Below, piece after piece: positions 60,379 through 64,000 of a stretch of DNA of 64,000 nt. The DNA is taken from positions 1 to 64,000 of the forward strand of contig JBMNJG010000004.1 of assembly GCA_050951545.1 (NCBI GenBank), read 5' to 3'. Origin of the DNA: Limnochordia bacterium (lineage in GTDB: Bacteria > Bacillota > Limnochordia > DTU080). The notes under the pieces were generated by a model. That model did not search any database, was not told the DNA's origin, and saw nothing but the letters and a program-made list of their open reading frames with translations. The position numbers and the translations under genes are program-made. Position 1 is the stretch's first letter, and each line of letters starts with the position of its first letter.

Positions 60379-60748
60379 TGATCAGGCGATTTTTGTTATA
60401 CAGGGCCATGATCTCAGGATTCAATCCGTGGGCCGGGGCAAAATAAGCGAGGCGAATCAACTTGCCATAGAACTTGATCCCGTGCCTTATAACATCAAGC
60501 GTCCCGCGATAGTCGAGCGTTTTGATTAGCTCGTCAACGACCGCCCTTTCAAGGCTTCCCTTGTGATAGCGCGACAGCTCTTGCCATAGATCGGTCTGGG
60601 TATCTTTGATAAAGCCGATCACTTGTGACGCGTCAAGACCCATGCCCGTATCGAAGCGGGCCGGATCGCCTTTGATGTAACCGCCTTGTTTAAGCAGGTG
60701 ATCTTCGATGGCGCGCTCAAAGGCTATTTCCCTGTGGTCTGAAGGCAT
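60326..60748 (-). pseudogene. hsdR: Type I restriction subunit, N-terminal fragment only
   Basis: HREIAFERAIE, FIKDTQ, GTLDVIRHG, NRLIITRQV; ends at 140 aa with no helicase domain. Confidence 0.85.
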
Positions 60749-62025
60749 GCCGATACCTCCTCCCGCACGTCGATTTTACCTGTGACCGCCGCTGTGATGA
60801 GCGCCTGGCGATATTCCTGAAGGCTTGCTATTTGCCTTCCTATTATTTCGGCCAGTTCGTCGGTCGTTTGTACCCAAACCGACGCACACTGACAAATATC
60901 GGCTTGTTCCGCCACCGGCGGAACAGGTACCCGGATTTTTGCCATCACGCCGTTCATAAGTTTGGGGTTTATATCGTGCCTCACAAATGGCCCAGTTGCC
61001 TGGTTCAACACATGATGATAATAATCGAGTTCTGTGTCCCGTTTGATTGGGGACATGGTACCGCATACATTTGTGCAGTTGAACTTGCCCTGCCGCGAAA
61101 ACACTGTGCCTGCGTTAGCTCCATCTGTAGTCCAGGTCAGGAACGCTCCTTCAAAATCAAAAGTGTCTATAGATCCCATAACCCCGTCGTTTTCCGTCTG
61201 GGAGGAATATACCGGGTAAGGACCCGGGCGATTCTGTATCTCCAAGGCGCTTATTACTCTACCTCTCCCTAAACGAAAAAGCGTCCAGACTGGGGCGATA
61301 TCCCAATGCGCCGGTATTTCCCCCAACCACTCAACCCCTGAATCCTTTATGGGCACATTAGGATCGAGCCCTTTGGTGACAGCCTGGGTGATCATGGCCT
61401 GGCGCTTCTCCTCCAAAAGCTCGATGAGACGCTGTTTCTTGGCGATAAGGGCGTCGATGGCGGTGGTCTTCGCGTCCAAAAATGACAAAATCGAATCTTG
61501 CTCGCTCGGTGAAGGCAAGGGAATTCGCATAGCCCCGAGCTTTTCGCCAGTCAGATGTGCAATTGTCGCCTTGTTACACAGCACCTCGAACCAGCCACTT
61601 TGGCGGGCAACGCGTAAAAGATACATCAAGAATCGGTTTCTGCCAATGGATGTACTGCGTACCCTATGTAAGGCGTTTTGAATAATACATGGGCCCTCAA
61701 TCTCGGAGGATAGAATGGCTGCCCGGCCAACTTCACCGCCCTCCAGAACAATCAGGTCACCCCGCCGTATCCCGTACTTTTCTAGATCACGACAATTGAC
61801 CCACATGAGAGGAAGATCGGCTGTATTGATGCCATCCCATTGAACGTGGACAGCCCTTAGATATGGCACCGATATATCATCTTCACCCAGCGGACTGTTT
61901 TGCAGCATCTTACCTAACTGAATTTCATAGGCCCTTTTGATATACGTTATGCCCCAACGCTTCGATATCGCCCCCAACCATTCCACGCCCGAATCCTTCA
62001 TCTCATGCTCTTCGCGCCATCTCAT
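60724..62025 (-). CDS. hsdS: Type I restriction-modification specificity subunit
   Basis: Two KDSGVEWLG repeats, PSPSEQ and PPVAEQ, AVTKGL, ITAAVTGKIDVR. Confidence 0.93.
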   Translation of the reverse strand: MRWREEHEMKDSGVEWLGAISKRWGITYIKRAYEIQLGKMLQNSPLGEDDISVPYLRAVHVQWDGINTADLPLMWVNCRDLEKYGIRRGDLIVLEGGEVGRAAILSSEIEGPCIIQNALHRVRSTSIGRNRFLMYLLRVARQSGWFEVLCNKATIAHLTGEKLGAMRIPLPSPSEQDSILSFLDAKTTAIDALIAKKQRLIELLEEKRQAMITQAVTKGLDPNVPIKDSGVEWLGEIPAHWDIAPVWTLFRLGRGRVISALEIQNRPGPYPVYSSQTENDGVMGSIDTFDFEGAFLTWTTDGANAGTVFSRQGKFNCTNVCGTMSPIKRDTELDYYHHVLNQATGPFVRHDINPKLMNGVMAKIRVPVPPVAEQADICQCASVWVQTTDELAEIIGRQIASLQEYRQALITAAVTGKIDVREEVSACLQTTGK

Positions 62026-63519
62026 CCCATCACCGCCTTCAGCAGCTCCTGGATCTCGCCCTCGAGGTCGCGAATCTCTTGATCAATCTCCTCAAGCGGC
62101 CGCAGCTGCTGATACTCATAAAAATACCGGGTAAAAGGGATCTCATAGCCCACTCGGGTTTTGTCTACATCGATCCAGGCGTCCGGAACATGTGGCAGGA
62201 CTTCCCGTTCGAAATACGCCTGGATATCATCCTTTAAGGGCACGTTTTCGGTGTCCCGCAGGCTCGTATCGGGTTCTGGATGGCCTTTTTTATCGCGGCA
62301 AATCTCCGCCGTTTCATCCTGCTCTGACAAAGCGGACAGGATGGCCCGATATGCCCGTGTTGTAGAACAGCTGGTCGGGAAGGGCCACGATCCCCTCCAA
62401 CCAGTCGTTTTCTATGATCCATTTGCGGATCTCGCTTTCGCCCGATCCAGCGTCGCCGGTAAACAAAGGGGAGCCGTTAAAAATAATCGCAAGCCTCGAC
62501 CCACCGTTGGCTGGCTTCATCTTGGAAATCATATGCTGCAAGAATAAAAGGGAACCATCGTTAATGCGCGGTAGACCTGCGCCAAAGCGACCGGCGTGCC
62601 CGAGCTTTTCGTGTTCATCTTTAATTTCTTTTTCGACCTTCTTCCACTCCACGCCGTAAGGTGGATTCGAAAGCATGTAGTCGAAGCGCTCGTCGGCCAA
62701 ACCGTCCTGCGTAAAGCTATTGCCAAACTTGATGTTATCCGGGTTTTGCCCCTTAATCATCATATCCGAATTACAGATGGCGAAAGATTCCGGGTTCAGC
62801 TCCTGACCAAAAGAGATGAGCTTAGCATCGGGGTTGAGTTCCCGCAAATACTCCTCAGCGACCGAAAGCATGCCGCCGGTCCCGCAGGCCGGGTCATACA
62901 GCGTCTTTACGATTCCCTCGGTTGCCAGATCCTCATCTTCATTGAACAGGACGTCAACCATGAGCCGAATAACCTCGCGCGGAGTAAAATGCTCCCCGGC
63001 CGTCTCATTGGATTGCTCAGAAAACCGACGTATAAGCTCTTCGAAAACGTAACCCATTTCAAGGTTGGAGACGTTGTCCGGGTGTAGATCAACCTCACAG
63101 AAACGCTGAACAATCAAAAACAAAAGATTGGCCTGGTCAAGCCGTGCGATCTGCTCTTCGAAACGAAAATGCTCAAGGATCTCCCTTGCCCGCACCGAAA
63201 AACCGTTTATGTAGCCGATGAGGTTTGCGGCTATATTGTCGGGGTCATTCAGCAACATCGGAAACTCAAGCTGACTGGTGTTATGGAATGAAAGCCCCGT
63301 TGCGCGGTTCAAAATGCGCTCGATGTTGGTGATCTCCGAGTCCTTAAGCGCTTCTGCCCGGCGCAATACCTCGGCTTTGGTAGGCGCCAACACGTAGTCT
63401 AAACGCCTTATCACTGTCAGGGGTAATATTACCCTGCCATACTCGGATTGCTTGAAATCGCCCCTTAACAGTTCGGCGATACTCCAGATAAAGTTGCAGC
63501 GATCCTGGAAATTGTTCAT
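62022..63519 (-). pseudogene. hsdM: Type I methyltransferase subunit split by an internal deletion and frameshift near 62345
   Basis: FIWSIAELLRG, AGEHFTPREV, YDPACGTGGML, NPPYG, LFYNTGI; jumps out of frame to AILSALSEQDE...GYEIPFTRYFY; GGAGGAG RBS before ATG 63519. Confidence 0.9.
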
Positions 63520-64000
63520 TCGCTCACTTCTCCTCCGTAGCGGCTCTAATGGGGCTTTTGCTTTAGCCACAGGTAATTCCTGCCGTCTAAAAGACAAAGG
63601 GATGGGGCCGCCCCAACGGATCGCAGCCACACCAGTGCAAAACTTTGAGTCGCAAATCCGCCCCATCGAAATTTGCTTTGGCGCGGCAGGTGATTTGCCG
63701 CCCTTGACGAACATCTCTTTTGCGAGTGCTCCTTGAAAACCGAAAAATTGTGTGCAAGGGTTGTTACGTGCGCTGCGCGCGTCTCCAGGGCGATTCCGTA
63801 GATGGTGTCAAGCCGAGTGTGGCTCGGCAAGTCCTGTTTTGGGTGAATACCCGGGAGGCGGAGTACTCGGGTATGGCGGATCTCTATGGTTGCAGTGCAC
63901 AACTCTTCAATGATGACCGCATACGCTCGACATTGGATGTAGTTCATCAGTACGCTAGCGACATCCAGAACGCCCTGGCCTTACGTGCCATGACCGAGTT

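Noticed and set aside
61320-62000. Repeated KDSGVEWLG coding segments in hsdS as a phase-variation shufflon
   Set aside because: Normal internal duplication of HsdS; no matching inverted copy or recombinase seen
1-64000. CRISPR array, tRNA, rRNA, reverse transcriptase, integron integrase
   Set aside because: No regularly spaced direct repeats, cloverleaf, RT motifs or tyrosine-recombinase ORF recognised by eye; short RNAs could be missed
63546-64000. 133-aa minus-strand ORF and GQGVLDVASVL peptide at the window end
   Set aside because: Weak resemblance to a sugar-phosphate isomerase C-terminus, interrupted by a stop; insufficient support

Overview
64-kb window of a moderately GC-rich bacterial genome. 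Sigma-A-type promoters, GGAGG ribosome-binding sites, a YtrA-type GntR/ABC operon, a TRAP-like trpB leader and many orphan sugar-binding proteins suggest Bacillota, possibly Limnochordia-like; the taxon is my inference. The centre (4.4-52.8 kb) holds housekeeping and catabolic genes: DUF2207/LemA, menC-like, large secreted lyase/glycosidase-like proteins, five family-1 solute-binding proteins without permeases, a sugar redox operon, ung plus a SMUG1-like glycosylase, pgi, msrA, purC, trpB and dppA. Both ends are accessory DNA. Region 0.7-4.2 kb is a decaying integron-type cassette array with attC-like sites, no integrase in view and an IscB fragment. Region 52.8-64 kb holds nested IS elements, two more attC-bounded cassettes (NucS-like nuclease and HhH glycosylase-like protein), a possible phage-satellite remnant with three cos-like motifs, a mini-IS256 and two convergent broken restriction-modification loci. 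Many genes carry clean internal deletions. I recognised no rRNA, tRNA or CRISPR array. All family calls come from motif recognition by eye, not database searches.
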